DNA of 64,000 nt from Candidatus Poseidoniales archaeon. GTDB lineage: Archaea > Thermoplasmatota > Poseidoniia > Poseidoniales > Poseidoniaceae. Position 1 is the stretch's first letter. The number at the start of each line of letters is the position of its first letter. A program made the translations under genes and the position numbers. Where the stretch lies: NCBI GenBank assembly GCA_003602575.1, contig QQRY01000059.1:145-64144 (forward strand). Reading direction: 5' to 3'. Below are positions 10,301-18,524 of the stretch, piece by piece. A model generated the notes under the pieces. It did no database searches and had not been told where the DNA came from. It saw nothing but the letters and a program-made list of their open reading frames with translations.

Positions 10301-10753
10301 AGTCTCGAGGAAGAATCGGTTGAAGAGGCTGTTGAAGAAGAATCAACAGAAGCTGAAGCCTCTGATGAAGAAACACCAAAGGTCACTTGGAGAGAAGATG
10401 TATTGCTAAGAGTCATGAAGGCTAGCGGCATTGAAGACAGAGATGCATTCATTGCTCATGCTGTAAACTTCGACCATGATGATAATGGCTACTTGAAGAA
10501 GGCTGAACTTGAAGACGCTGCTAAAGCTTGGAATGAAGCTAACTCTGAAGAATCTTCAGAAACAGAAGAAGGTGAGGAAGTGTCTGAAGAATCCACTGAA
10601 GAGGAAGCTTCTAGTGAATCAGAGGAAGCAACAAATGATGATTCAGCCGATGAAGAATCTGGAGAATCAGAAGAGAAGCAATGTCCTATTTGTTCTATAA
10701 TGTGTCCTAAAGACGCAAAAACTTGCTCGGCTTGTTCATTTGCCTTTATTTGA
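7358..10753 (+). CDS. Novel multidomain protein: Met/Pro-rich tandem repeats, DUF11/CARDB-like beta-sandwich segments, EF-hand loop, acidic linker, C-terminal zinc ribbon
   Basis: Continuous ORF (opens at 7307). The ATG at 7358 has GGAGG 8 nt upstream. No signal peptide or TM segment is visible. EF-hand loop DHDDNGYLKKAE at 10472-10507. C-terminal CPICSIMCPKDAKTCSAC. Confidence 0.8.
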   Translation: MSDEKPPMPEMPPMPPMNAPPAPPGMPPMDAPPAPPGMPPMPGMPPMDAPPTPPGMPPMDAPPAPPGMPPMDAPPAPPMPGMPPMDAPPAPPMPGMPPMDAPPAPPMPEMPPMDAPPAPPMPEMPPMDAPPAPPGMPPMDAPPAPPMPEMPPMDAPPAPPEMPPMDAPPAPPMPGMPPMDAPPAPPMPEMPPMDAPPAPPEMPPMDAPPAPPGMPPMDAPPAPPDMPPMDAPPAPPEMESNDETDVSEESDILTDLSAPPAPPMPEMPPMDAPPAPPMPPMDALPAADALLAPPAPPVEETSAADLLLAPPAPPSMPPMDAPPAPPAADALLSPPLPPATVEGDSEETEDMTPDEQIGEQAGATIRSRAEVDEVPGDKLEGTLHEVEKATLNSDGEIIKQTVKGTLTINNPSSDDRIYDIDVILDNADSTDIGGDHVSVDELEAGKKYSMKYKVDGMRMLVLREHLDTNPARSQERSLSVANGPDGGPLALEIEVENVSNVTIDNVEVTRHIPSEMSFENSGDAVIEDGNMTWSVGSLSAGEKKSLSIEGKITVTGTKTINAGSASATYTANSTLSSLNFRELDAFCRGFTYMRVREDERPDNWLCKTIFENRSSFAVDLVKLQVTMKGSNELLFDISDVDDDVLPNGKWESDERTVEATSEPDFTYDLSYTILPRAVRSTEGSISLEESSFDILEADVEKKYSTTGLRSYRSQKVGASLKLTNSGSSTINLMRITDDVPGLFDAPDLESMRISIGGKELEPEQYKAEVSSGITLEKEHRSPDGDGHTLTLTIGTRGPLGLTPGDDISIEYDLIAPDPSPENKIVVAPLRTEFSAERFGPVCSRDCSNPPSLKVIHHRRDFSAGKQAIPLGGKGRYEVLILFENNGDTALQDVYINDVIPSNFEIKDWHIKGTGGKRDDCEMTSEDGDDGAHVSWMIPIVGKNERLEVSFEIKGSGEVDAEALNRFHGVHFGDEVETEDVPSLEEESVEEAVEEESTEAEASDEETPKVTWREDVLLRVMKASGIEDRDAFIAHAVNFDHDDNGYLKKAELEDAAKAWNEANSEESSETEEGEEVSEESTEEEASSESEEATNDDSADEESGESEEKQCPICSIMCPKDAKTCSACSFAFI
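7379..8068 (+). repeat. Coding tandem repeat: 16-17 copies of MPPMDAPPAPP with 1-3 aa spacers (36/42-nt period); 3 more copies at 8119-8340
   Basis: Read directly from the translation and the DNA periodicity. Copies differ mainly at synonymous third-codon positions. Confidence 0.95.
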
Positions 10754-10765
10754 TTAGTATTAAAA

Positions 10766-11188
10766 TCAAATTTCTGGAAGAACCCATTGAGGCCAGAACT
10801 CATTTTCTGAAGAGGAACTGACTATCACCAGTGTAGGTCTATTTAATTCTGATAAAAACTGATCAAGTGGTTTTGGAGTAGATGGAGGAATTACTCCATC
10901 TCTCAAATCGACTGCAAGCCAAGCGCCCGGATATTGCTCCATCCATGCATCTAGTTCAGCAACTATACCTTGTGGTGGAACTCCTTGGCGAACACTAGCG
11001 ATATAATCCCAGCCACTAGGGCAACGCCTTGCTTCATCTGTCCACATAAATATTCGAGGTTGTTGCTTTAGCATAGCAATTTGTTCAATAGCTTCTAGTT
11101 CAGTTACACAAACCGGTTGAAAAGGCATTGGCATAGGTAGAGGATAACGCCAATTTGAATCTACTTGAAGCGGTTCTTTGCGTCGCAT
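10766..11188 (-). CDS. Hypothetical protein
   Basis: 140-aa ORF in a tight gene context. No recognisable motif. Confidence 0.45.
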   Translation of the reverse strand: MRRKEPLQVDSNWRYPLPMPMPFQPVCVTELEAIEQIAMLKQQPRIFMWTDEARRCPSGWDYIASVRQGVPPQGIVAELDAWMEQYPGAWLAVDLRDGVIPPSTPKPLDQFLSELNRPTLVIVSSSSENEFWPQWVLPEI

Positions 11189-11273
11189 GGATTAGTCTAA
11201 GAGGGTTTAGCGTTTCAAACTCACCCCTTATAGTTCATATTGGCAATTTAGGGTATTTTTGAACCCAACATTC

Positions 11274-12236
11274 ATGCCCTCTATGCTCTGCCCATCATCT
11301 ATGTCAAGTGGGAATAACCCGCCTCCACCTCAACCGCCAGGCGGTTCGATGATGATGATGCTCCTGATTATGGTCTTGATGACACTGCTGATCATGAATC
11401 CTGGAATTAGAGGTACACTTGGTGGAATTGCTGACCCAGTACTATCTCCAGTTCTACCTGAAGAAACTTATTTCATAATCACTGTACTAATGCTGGGTTC
11501 ATTTTCTATGCTAATGAATACAATTCTACGTAGCTTTTTCCAAGACCCAATAGCACAAGCACATATCGGTCACAGGCAGGGTCAAGTACGAAAAATGATG
11601 AATGATGCTCGTATGTCAAGAGACCCAATTCTCCAAGAAAAAGCAACTCTACTTCAGCAACAGATGATGCCAGAACAACTGAAAATACAAATGGGTGCTA
11701 TGAAGCCAATGATGTTTACAATGGTCATAATCATTGGTCTATTCTCTTGGCTAACAACTGCGGTTGAGACATTTAGAGTGGATTATGTATCACTGCCTTG
11801 GTCTTCTGAATGGAATTTATTAACAGATAAATTCCTATTTTTCCCAGCATGGATTTGTGCATATATTTGCATGAGTGCGCCCCTTGGAAGAGTTGTTGAT
11901 AGACACATTAAACTATTCCGATATCGTTCACATCCACTTGTTGTAGCAGGAGATAAATTGAAAGAGCCACTTCTTCACTTAGTTGCAGGTAAAGCTAAGA
12001 GTGAAGATGAAAATGCAAAGCGTAGAAGGCAGAGAAGTAGGTCAAAATCTAATAGGAACAAGAATGGAAAGAAAAAATCAAACAAGTCTGAAGAAAAACC
12101 TTCTAATTCCAAAGAGAATAAATCAACTTACTCAAGCGCTGAAGGTTTAGAATGCCCTACGTGTGGTTCCGACCTCATAACAAAGAGTGGGCCTAGAGAC
12201 AAGAAGTGTACAGTTTGCCGCTATACATGGGTGTAG
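11274..12236 (+). CDS. DUF106/EMC3-like membrane protein (archaeal YidC/Oxa1-like insertase candidate) with Lys/Arg-rich tail and C-terminal zinc ribbon
   Basis: TM-coiled coil-TM layout with MMPEQLKIQMGAMKPMMFTMVIIIG. It sits directly upstream of cmk and cbf5, as in the conserved archaeal gene order. Tail KRRRQRSRSKSNRNKNGKKK, then CPTCGS...CTVC. Confidence 0.6.
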   Translation: MPSMLCPSSMSSGNNPPPPQPPGGSMMMMLLIMVLMTLLIMNPGIRGTLGGIADPVLSPVLPEETYFIITVLMLGSFSMLMNTILRSFFQDPIAQAHIGHRQGQVRKMMNDARMSRDPILQEKATLLQQQMMPEQLKIQMGAMKPMMFTMVIIIGLFSWLTTAVETFRVDYVSLPWSSEWNLLTDKFLFFPAWICAYICMSAPLGRVVDRHIKLFRYRSHPLVVAGDKLKEPLLHLVAGKAKSEDENAKRRRQRSRSKSNRNKNGKKKSNKSEEKPSNSKENKSTYSSAEGLECPTCGSDLITKSGPRDKKCTVCRYTWV

Positions 12237-12238
12237 AC

Positions 12239-12769
12239 ATGGCAAAAATCACCATTTCAGGACATCCCGGCAGTGGTACAAGTTCTCTAGTTCAAAAACT
12301 GATGGAGCACTATGGTTGGGACTCTGTTAATGGTGGACAAATATTTCGTGATGAAGCAAAGGCTCGAAATCTTTCGCTGCAAGAGTTTGGTGAACTGTGT
12401 AAAGATGATGAAATGATTGACCGGCAATTAGATGAAAGACTGAAAGAAATTATTTCTGAAGATGTTGTTGAAATTGTTGAGTCCAGATTATCTGGATGGT
12501 GGGCGTTTAAGTTAGAAGAAAATTGCATCAGATTATGGCTAGACGTTAGTGACGAGGAAAGAGCAAATCGTGTTGTTAACCGAGAAGGTATATCTTTTGA
12601 ACAGGCACTAAGCGAAAATTCAGAGCGAGCAAAAATAGATTCACAACGATATATGCGAATGTATGGCCTTGACCCTGAACAAAAACAACCATACACACAT
12701 GTATTAGATGCGACACACATTGGAATAGACGAAGTGTTTAAACTGACTCTAGAAATTTTGGAGGGATGA
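12239..12769 (+). CDS. cmk: Cytidylate kinase, archaeal type
   Basis: N-terminal P-loop ITISGHPGSGTSS. About 176 aa. Conserved position between the DUF106 gene and cbf5. Confidence 0.75.
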   Translation: MAKITISGHPGSGTSSLVQKLMEHYGWDSVNGGQIFRDEAKARNLSLQEFGELCKDDEMIDRQLDERLKEIISEDVVEIVESRLSGWWAFKLEENCIRLWLDVSDEERANRVVNREGISFEQALSENSERAKIDSQRYMRMYGLDPEQKQPYTHVLDATHIGIDEVFKLTLEILEG

Positions 12770-13743
12770 TTTTGGCAAGACTGATTCTTGATTCTGAAGC
12801 AAAAACAAATAATGCAATCGGAGGCCATCCTGACTCGAGGAATGTAGAACAAAGACTTGCTTCAGGATTCATTCTGCTAGACAAACCAGCAGGACCTACT
12901 TCACATCAAGTAGCTTCGTGGGTCAGAGACCTGTTTGGTCTGGAAAGACTCGGACATGGTGGTACACTCGATCCTTTCGCCACAGGAGTTTTACCACTCC
13001 TTGCGGGTAAGTCGATGAAAGTGACCAAGAAGGTCTTAACTCATGATAAAACGTATATTGCCGTTTTTAGATGTGCTCAAGAACCCGATGAAGAAAAACT
13101 CAATTCTGCTATGAAAAGATTAACTGGTCGCGTATACAATGTCCCACCAGAGATTTCTGCTGTTAAGGTTCAAGTTAGGACTAGAAAAATATCTAATTTC
13201 GAAATGATTGAACGTAACGGCAAAGATTTTCTAACCCGTGTCGACTGTGAATCAGGAACCTATATTCGAACAATGGCTCGTGATTTAGGTCTGCTTCTTG
13301 GATATAAGGTTGAACTCAAAGAATTGAGAAGGGAAAAGTCTGGCAGATTTGAATTGTCCAAATGTGTAACATTACAAGAGGTTGCTGATGCTTACTGGTT
13401 ATGGAAAGAATGCGATAAGCCTGACGCTTTGCTTAAGATGATTCACCCTGTAGAAAAATTAGTTCTCGATATGCCTTCCGCCCATGTCAAAGATAGTGCG
13501 GCTGCAGCAATTGCTCATGGAGCACCACTACTTAGGCCAGGTATTGTTGAGATCGATGATAAAGTTTTGAATGGAAAGGAATTAGCAATTTTCACATTGA
13601 AAGATGAATTGGTTGGAATAGTTACACTAACCGTAGACTCAAATCAATTACCAAATATGGATTCTGGAGAAGTAGCAAGACCTAGTATGGTCTTACTTGA
13701 ACAAGACCTGTACCCTCGAAGATGGAGTGTACAAGATAAGTGA
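12766..13743 (+). CDS. truB: tRNA/rRNA pseudouridine synthase Cbf5 (TruB family, H/ACA RNP catalytic subunit) with PUA domain
   Basis: Motifs LDKPAGPTSHQV and GHGGTLDP (catalytic Asp). ATGA overlap with the cmk stop. Confidence 0.85.
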   Translation: MILARLILDSEAKTNNAIGGHPDSRNVEQRLASGFILLDKPAGPTSHQVASWVRDLFGLERLGHGGTLDPFATGVLPLLAGKSMKVTKKVLTHDKTYIAVFRCAQEPDEEKLNSAMKRLTGRVYNVPPEISAVKVQVRTRKISNFEMIERNGKDFLTRVDCESGTYIRTMARDLGLLLGYKVELKELRREKSGRFELSKCVTLQEVADAYWLWKECDKPDALLKMIHPVEKLVLDMPSAHVKDSAAAAIAHGAPLLRPGIVEIDDKVLNGKELAIFTLKDELVGIVTLTVDSNQLPNMDSGEVARPSMVLLEQDLYPRRWSVQDK

Positions 13744-13950
13744 TCAAGCTTCTTCAAATTCTTCATAAATATATTCTTCTGTTTCTATTCTTATTTTCAA
13801 TACAGACATGTTCCCACACCCACTTTGTCAACCTAAGTTGAACGACCCCCACAGTCTCAAAGTAATATCTCGTTTTACGTTCTACCTATCAATGTTAAGG
13901 TGTATTTTCGCGTTATCCGACATAGCATATCGGAAATAATTTAATTCTAA

Positions 13951-16344
13951 TCAATTGATTTTCCTGATTTTTGGAGGCGTTAGTAAAGTGAAAAGTCCTA
14001 TGATTATTACTAATACAATAATAGTGATAATCCATACCGATGAGCCAGATATCTCGAATCCACTCGATGTAGAATCTGATTCCTTCTCTTCTAGTACTTG
14101 TACAATAATTTCGGCTTGATTATTATCTTCATTTCCTTCGACAATATCGCCTCCTCGATCTATTTCAACACTAATTGTTGCAGATTGAATGCTTTCCGGA
14201 ACTTGCCATTCACATGTTACTACAGCAAGTTCTCCAGGTAAAAGAATCGAGATAGTTTGAATATCTACTAAATCTACACCTTGCTGGCATCTAACTGAGA
14301 TTAAAGTAGCCTCTGCATCACCATTGTTTCTAACATAAACACTGATTGGAATGATATCTCTATGATAAATTTCTTTATCTGTAACTACTATTTCTTCTAT
14401 TTCTAAATCTGGCAAAGATTGAACCTCAAGATCTAATATTCTTTGAGCACAGGTAGTCTGGTCACAGATATTAATCTCAACCGGGACAATTGAACCAGGA
14501 GTTGGAGCAATGACTGTTATGTAACCGGTGTCAAGGTCGATAGTAGCCCAACTTTTATTGGTATATGCAGTCAATCCTGTTGAATCAATATCACTGTATG
14601 TGAATGGCACCAGTGTGGAAACTGCTAATTCTACAGGAACAACTGCGGGGAATTCATTTAGCACTGGAGAATCATCGACAGAGTCTATAATTACAATGAA
14701 AGTTTCTTGCCATTGATTGCCTGCTTGATCGCTAACAGTAGTCAATACAGTGGTTGTTCCAGATGCTTCAGATTTGAGTAATATTCTTATGTCATCTTGA
14801 GAAATATCAACCGAAATCAAAGATTCATTTTCAATACTAAAGTCAATCGCTAAATTTTCATGGCTTGTTCTATCATCAACACAACCATTAACAAAAGGAA
14901 TTAGTTTTCCTCCTCCATCTTCTAAAAAGTGTTGAGTGCCAATCAAGTTACAAGTGGGGTCTTCATCCCATTCTAAATCAAATCCTCCAGTTACAGAGAT
15001 ACTAGAAATTTCAAGAGCAGTAGTACTTGAAGTTCCATTCGAATCCCAGTTAAACCAAGCTCTGATTCTCACTTCAATACTATCTGAATTAGAGTCAAGA
15101 TACTGCCCTATGGGTAAATCAAGATTGAAACTACCTAATTGAGCAATAGATTGGTAAGCCACTTCTTGGTTATTGACAAATACTTTCCATCTAGAGTTGG
15201 CAGTGGATAGACCATCCAAACTACCAAAAATTCTACCGTCTATTTTGAGAGAGGGATTATTGTAATCAGCTGAAATTCCTGAAACACATGAGTCGGTACT
15301 AGTGATTTTTATCTTTACAAATTGCTCTTCGACAAGTCCATGATTGGTTAGGGCGCTAAATTCAGAAAATGACACACCATCTGTCGAAGAAGAAACTTCC
15401 ATGACAACATCATCAATGCTAGAATCATCGAGTGAATAATGAACTCTTCCGATGGTTTGACTTGGTGGAGCCTCAATTATCTCACTTGTCCATGAACCTG
15501 ATGCACCAGAAACACTTGGTGATAGCCCGCATTGGGCAACGGCCATATTGTCATTAGTTCCGTTTGAGAGGTCGATTTGGACGATTGGCATTGAGTGCCC
15601 AGAAAAAATAGATGTCGAAGATGCCCACTCACTACCATACCATGGATATTTCACAACTACCTCGATTCCTAATGCATCGACGTCTAATCTGGAATCATCT
15701 GTCGAGCCTACAGAGACATAATCTAAATCAATTTCAATATCTTCAATCATTTGCCAATTCCAATTAGAAATGGAAGTTACATTCTTTGTCCATAGACTGC
15801 CATTCATGTAGTCAATTGAACTTTGAGTATTAACATAAGTAACTAAGTTTTCATAATTATCATCATATTTCATAGTAATTTGGACTTGATCTTGCTCTAA
15901 CTTATCAGGAATATGAAATGCTGCAACAACAGATACTGAAACTAATTCATAAGAACTCATACTGGAAACATCAAATGTATCTAACTCGATTATAGGCCCC
16001 GCTGTATAGGTATATTGCTGGTCTGGAGCGCCTGTTGAGAGGTTCGAATTGGTAGGTGAATTACTTGCCCAAGTAGTCAAAGACTGAAAGTTATCAGGTC
16101 GACTATGAAGCAAAGTCATTCGGTCATCTGCAACCATTGACTCTGTATATTCGGCATTAAGTGTTAGGAAAGATACTCCTGAGTCTGATTGCCAAAGGCC
16201 TGAATCTGAAAAATCTCCCTGAGGGAATAAATCGAAATTAGAAACTGAGTGGACACTTCTAGCACTTGAATGACCGACTAACGGCATAAAAAGCAATATT
16301 ACCAAAAAGGAAACTATCGAAATCCGCTTGTATTTCTCGCCCAT
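13951..16344 (-). CDS. Secreted/anchored surface protein with CARDB-like domain and C-terminal TM anchor
   Basis: 797 aa. Signal-like N-terminus ISIVSFLVILLFMPLVGHSSA. CARDB signature VYVRNNGDAEATLISVRC...EGNEDNN. C-terminus SSGFEISGSSVWIITIIVLVIIIGLFTLLTPPKIRKIN. Confidence 0.75.
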   Translation of the reverse strand: MGEKYKRISIVSFLVILLFMPLVGHSSARSVHSVSNFDLFPQGDFSDSGLWQSDSGVSFLTLNAEYTESMVADDRMTLLHSRPDNFQSLTTWASNSPTNSNLSTGAPDQQYTYTAGPIIELDTFDVSSMSSYELVSVSVVAAFHIPDKLEQDQVQITMKYDDNYENLVTYVNTQSSIDYMNGSLWTKNVTSISNWNWQMIEDIEIDLDYVSVGSTDDSRLDVDALGIEVVVKYPWYGSEWASSTSIFSGHSMPIVQIDLSNGTNDNMAVAQCGLSPSVSGASGSWTSEIIEAPPSQTIGRVHYSLDDSSIDDVVMEVSSSTDGVSFSEFSALTNHGLVEEQFVKIKITSTDSCVSGISADYNNPSLKIDGRIFGSLDGLSTANSRWKVFVNNQEVAYQSIAQLGSFNLDLPIGQYLDSNSDSIEVRIRAWFNWDSNGTSSTTALEISSISVTGGFDLEWDEDPTCNLIGTQHFLEDGGGKLIPFVNGCVDDRTSHENLAIDFSIENESLISVDISQDDIRILLKSEASGTTTVLTTVSDQAGNQWQETFIVIIDSVDDSPVLNEFPAVVPVELAVSTLVPFTYSDIDSTGLTAYTNKSWATIDLDTGYITVIAPTPGSIVPVEINICDQTTCAQRILDLEVQSLPDLEIEEIVVTDKEIYHRDIIPISVYVRNNGDAEATLISVRCQQGVDLVDIQTISILLPGELAVVTCEWQVPESIQSATISVEIDRGGDIVEGNEDNNQAEIIVQVLEEKESDSTSSGFEISGSSVWIITIIVLVIIIGLFTLLTPPKIRKIN

Positions 16345-16472
16345 ATAATAGCGACATTATCGATAACTATTGAATGCAAGGGTAAAAAGATTAATTATTT
16401 GCAGATAATTAAACTCGTTATGTTTAGCGGATTATTGAAATACCAAGCACTTGAGGCCACATATACCCTGAT

Positions 16473-16545
16473 GGCTGTGATGGTGTAGGGGTTAGCACGA
16501 CAGATTGTGGTTCTGTCAGCCCGAGTTCGATTCTCGGTCACGGCC
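16473..16545 (+). tRNA. tRNA-His (anticodon GUG) with genome-encoded G-1
   Basis: Acceptor GCUGUGA/UCACGGC. Anticodon arm ACAGA-UUGUGGU-UCUGU. T arm CCGAG-UUCGAUU-CUCGG. An extra 5' G lies opposite C73. Confidence 0.85.
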
Positions 16546-16554
16546 CTCCTTTGA

Positions 16555-17187
16555 TTATTCCAGTTTATCTTTTTCTATAGAATGACCCATACGGTCAACT
16601 TTAGTTTCAAGATAGGAACGATTAGAATCTCCAACACCGACAACTAATGGAACTCTTTCATACACATCTATACCGTATTCTTTTAGTTGGTTTATCTTGT
16701 TAGGATTATTTGTTAATAGACTAACTTTGTCTATTTTTAATGACTCCAACATCGATGCAGCAATCTTGTAATCTCTATTATCTGCTGGAAGTCCTAACAT
16801 AAGATTTGCATCAAGAGTATCAGCACCTAGATCTTGAAGCCTATATGCCTGGATTTTGGCATGAAGACCTATGCCTCTGCCTTCCTGTCTGAGATATAGT
16901 AAACATCCCCATCCCTTGTCAGAAATCGCTTTTAACGCTGCATGTAATTGAGGTCCACAATCACACCTGAGGCTTGTGAAAGCATCACCAGTCAGACATT
17001 CGGAATGAACTCGAACCAGTACAGGATCTGGGCCTTCCATTTCTCCTAAAGTCAAGGCGACATGGTCAAAGCCAGTCGACGCTTCATTGAATACTCTTAT
17101 TTTGAATTCACCAAAGGCGGTAGGTAATTTAGCTTCACTAGGAATTGAAGAAACTTCTACAACATTGATCTCATCACTTTTCGTCAT
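16555..17187 (-). CDS. ribA: GTP cyclohydrolase II
   Basis: Motifs [21 protein letters not shown] (Zn site) and [11 protein letters not shown]. Confidence 0.9.
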   Translation of the reverse strand: MTKSDEINVVEVSSIPSEAKLPTAFGEFKIRVFNEASTGFDHVALTLGEMEGPDPVLVRVHSECLTGDAFTSLRCDCGPQLHAALKAISDKGWGCLLYLRQEGRGIGLHAKIQAYRLQDLGADTLDANLMLGLPADNRDYKIAASMLESLKIDKVSLLTNNPNKINQLKEYGIDVYERVPLVVGVGDSNRSYLETKVDRMGHSIEKDKLE

Positions 17188-17519
17188 TAATTCACCTCTA
17201 TTATAAATCTGAATTCTCCAGATTGATCATTTATGATTTTCATTGAGTGCGGCAATCTTTCAATGAGCATTGGAATATCATGAAGAGCCTCGGGGTCATC
17301 TGCAATAACCTCCAAAACGTCGCCTCTTTTCAAGTTCTTCAATGCCTTCTTGGTTTCAGCCAATGGCACTGGGCAAAAAAAACCTATGACATTTAATTGG
17401 TGTGAAATATTTAATTCTAAATCTATACTTGACACCCCCTTAACATCATAAGGGCATAAATTCTTGCATTTCAACCCATGCATCAGAAATATCGACATAA
17501 TAAATCCACCATACCTCAT
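17187..17519 (-). CDS. TusA/SirA-like sulfur-carrier protein
   Basis: Motif [29 protein letters not shown] (CPxP motif). The true start is probably an internal Met. The stop overlaps the ribA start (TAATG). Confidence 0.65.
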   Translation of the reverse strand: MRYGGFIMSIFLMHGLKCKNLCPYDVKGVSSIDLELNISHQLNVIGFFCPVPLAETKKALKNLKRGDVLEVIADDPEALHDIPMLIERLPHSMKIINDQSGEFRFIIEVN

Positions 17520-17543
17520 ATTGATGAATAGATACTGCTACCG

Positions 17544-18524
17544 TTGTACATGGCCAATAACCAGACATCCCCTTCCGCAGCGGAAGATTTGTCATGGAGT
17601 GAAGTATTTGAACTTGGTAAAAAATATCTAAAAATACCATTGGCCCTAGTGTGCGTGGAACTTTTTTACTGGTTTATCACTCAGCCTTCAGATACTTTGG
17701 TTCCTATCCAAATGAGTGAAGCTTGGATTTGGAATGAATTAACAAATTTGATTTACGGAGAAGGGACTGCAACCCTTACTACTCATAATGGTTGGATGAC
17801 ACAGGTTAATCTCTACAATGCTAATTTCCCCGGAAGCCTGGATACAGTCGCATTGTACGTCTCTGATGAATGTGCAGGAGTTCATGAAATGATCTTTATT
17901 TCTACTCTCATAATTATGACTGAAGGAGTTCCACAAAAATTGAAGATACGCTCAGTAATGGTCATGTGTTCAATCGTCTACATTCTAAATATCATTAGGT
18001 TAGTCCTATTCTACCCAATTGCAGCATCCGACTGTCAAATTGACCCGAGCAATGCTGCTTGTCTTACAGGAATTTGGAATTACCACGAGGCTGTATACAA
18101 ATGGGGATTCTTACTATTGCTTGTAGTGATGTGGCTGGTTTGGTTTAGATTTGTTGGTGGCTCCTCAAAGGTCCTTAATTCAAAGAAAAATAAAGAAAAC
18201 TGGAGAATTGGAATTCGCTCAATTTGGGAAACAAAGCATTTCGTTGTAATTGGTTTTGTTATTATGATGATATGTTATGGGATTTTTAGTATTACAACCA
18301 ATGAAATCGCCATGGATGCAAAACAGACTCTAGATTTCTGCTCATTCTCCAACCAATTATCCTCAAGCAGTTGTATTGAAGCACAAAATAATTGGGACAA
18401 TGCAATTGATACCTCTTGGTCATTATCAGCAATTGGATTAGTTGTAGGAGCATTTACAGTTTTCAAATTTGAGAGAAAAAATACTGATGGGAAATGGCCA
18501 TCAGAAATTGATGAAGAAGAATAA
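17544..18524 (+). CDS. Archaeosortase/exosortase-family membrane protein
   Basis: Polytopic membrane protein. It has the Cys motif VSDECAGVHEMIF (C110), the Arg motif YILNIIRLVLF (R152, 42 aa downstream) and a later His motif NYHEAVYKWGF. This matches the Cys/Arg/His triad and the spacing I recall for ArtA. Confidence 0.65.
   Translation: MYMANNQTSPSAAEDLSWSEVFELGKKYLKIPLALVCVELFYWFITQPSDTLVPIQMSEAWIWNELTNLIYGEGTATLTTHNGWMTQVNLYNANFPGSLDTVALYVSDECAGVHEMIFISTLIIMTEGVPQKLKIRSVMVMCSIVYILNIIRLVLFYPIAASDCQIDPSNAACLTGIWNYHEAVYKWGFLLLLVVMWLVWFRFVGGSSKVLNSKKNKENWRIGIRSIWETKHFVVIGFVIMMICYGIFSITTNEIAMDAKQTLDFCSFSNQLSSSSCIEAQNNWDNAIDTSWSLSAIGLVVGAFTVFKFERKNTDGKWPSEIDEEE

Noticed and set aside
12310-12852. 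180-aa minus-strand ORF
   Set aside because: It is antisense to the well-supported cmk gene and the cbf5 start, is Ser/Cys-rich and low in complexity, and has no motif.
13744-13950. Possible H/ACA or C/D box sRNA in the convergent gap downstream of cbf5
   Set aside because: Only weak 5-bp hairpins are present (e.g. 13918-13936), with no convincing C/D boxes or a pocket-plus-ACA arrangement. The evidence is insufficient to call.
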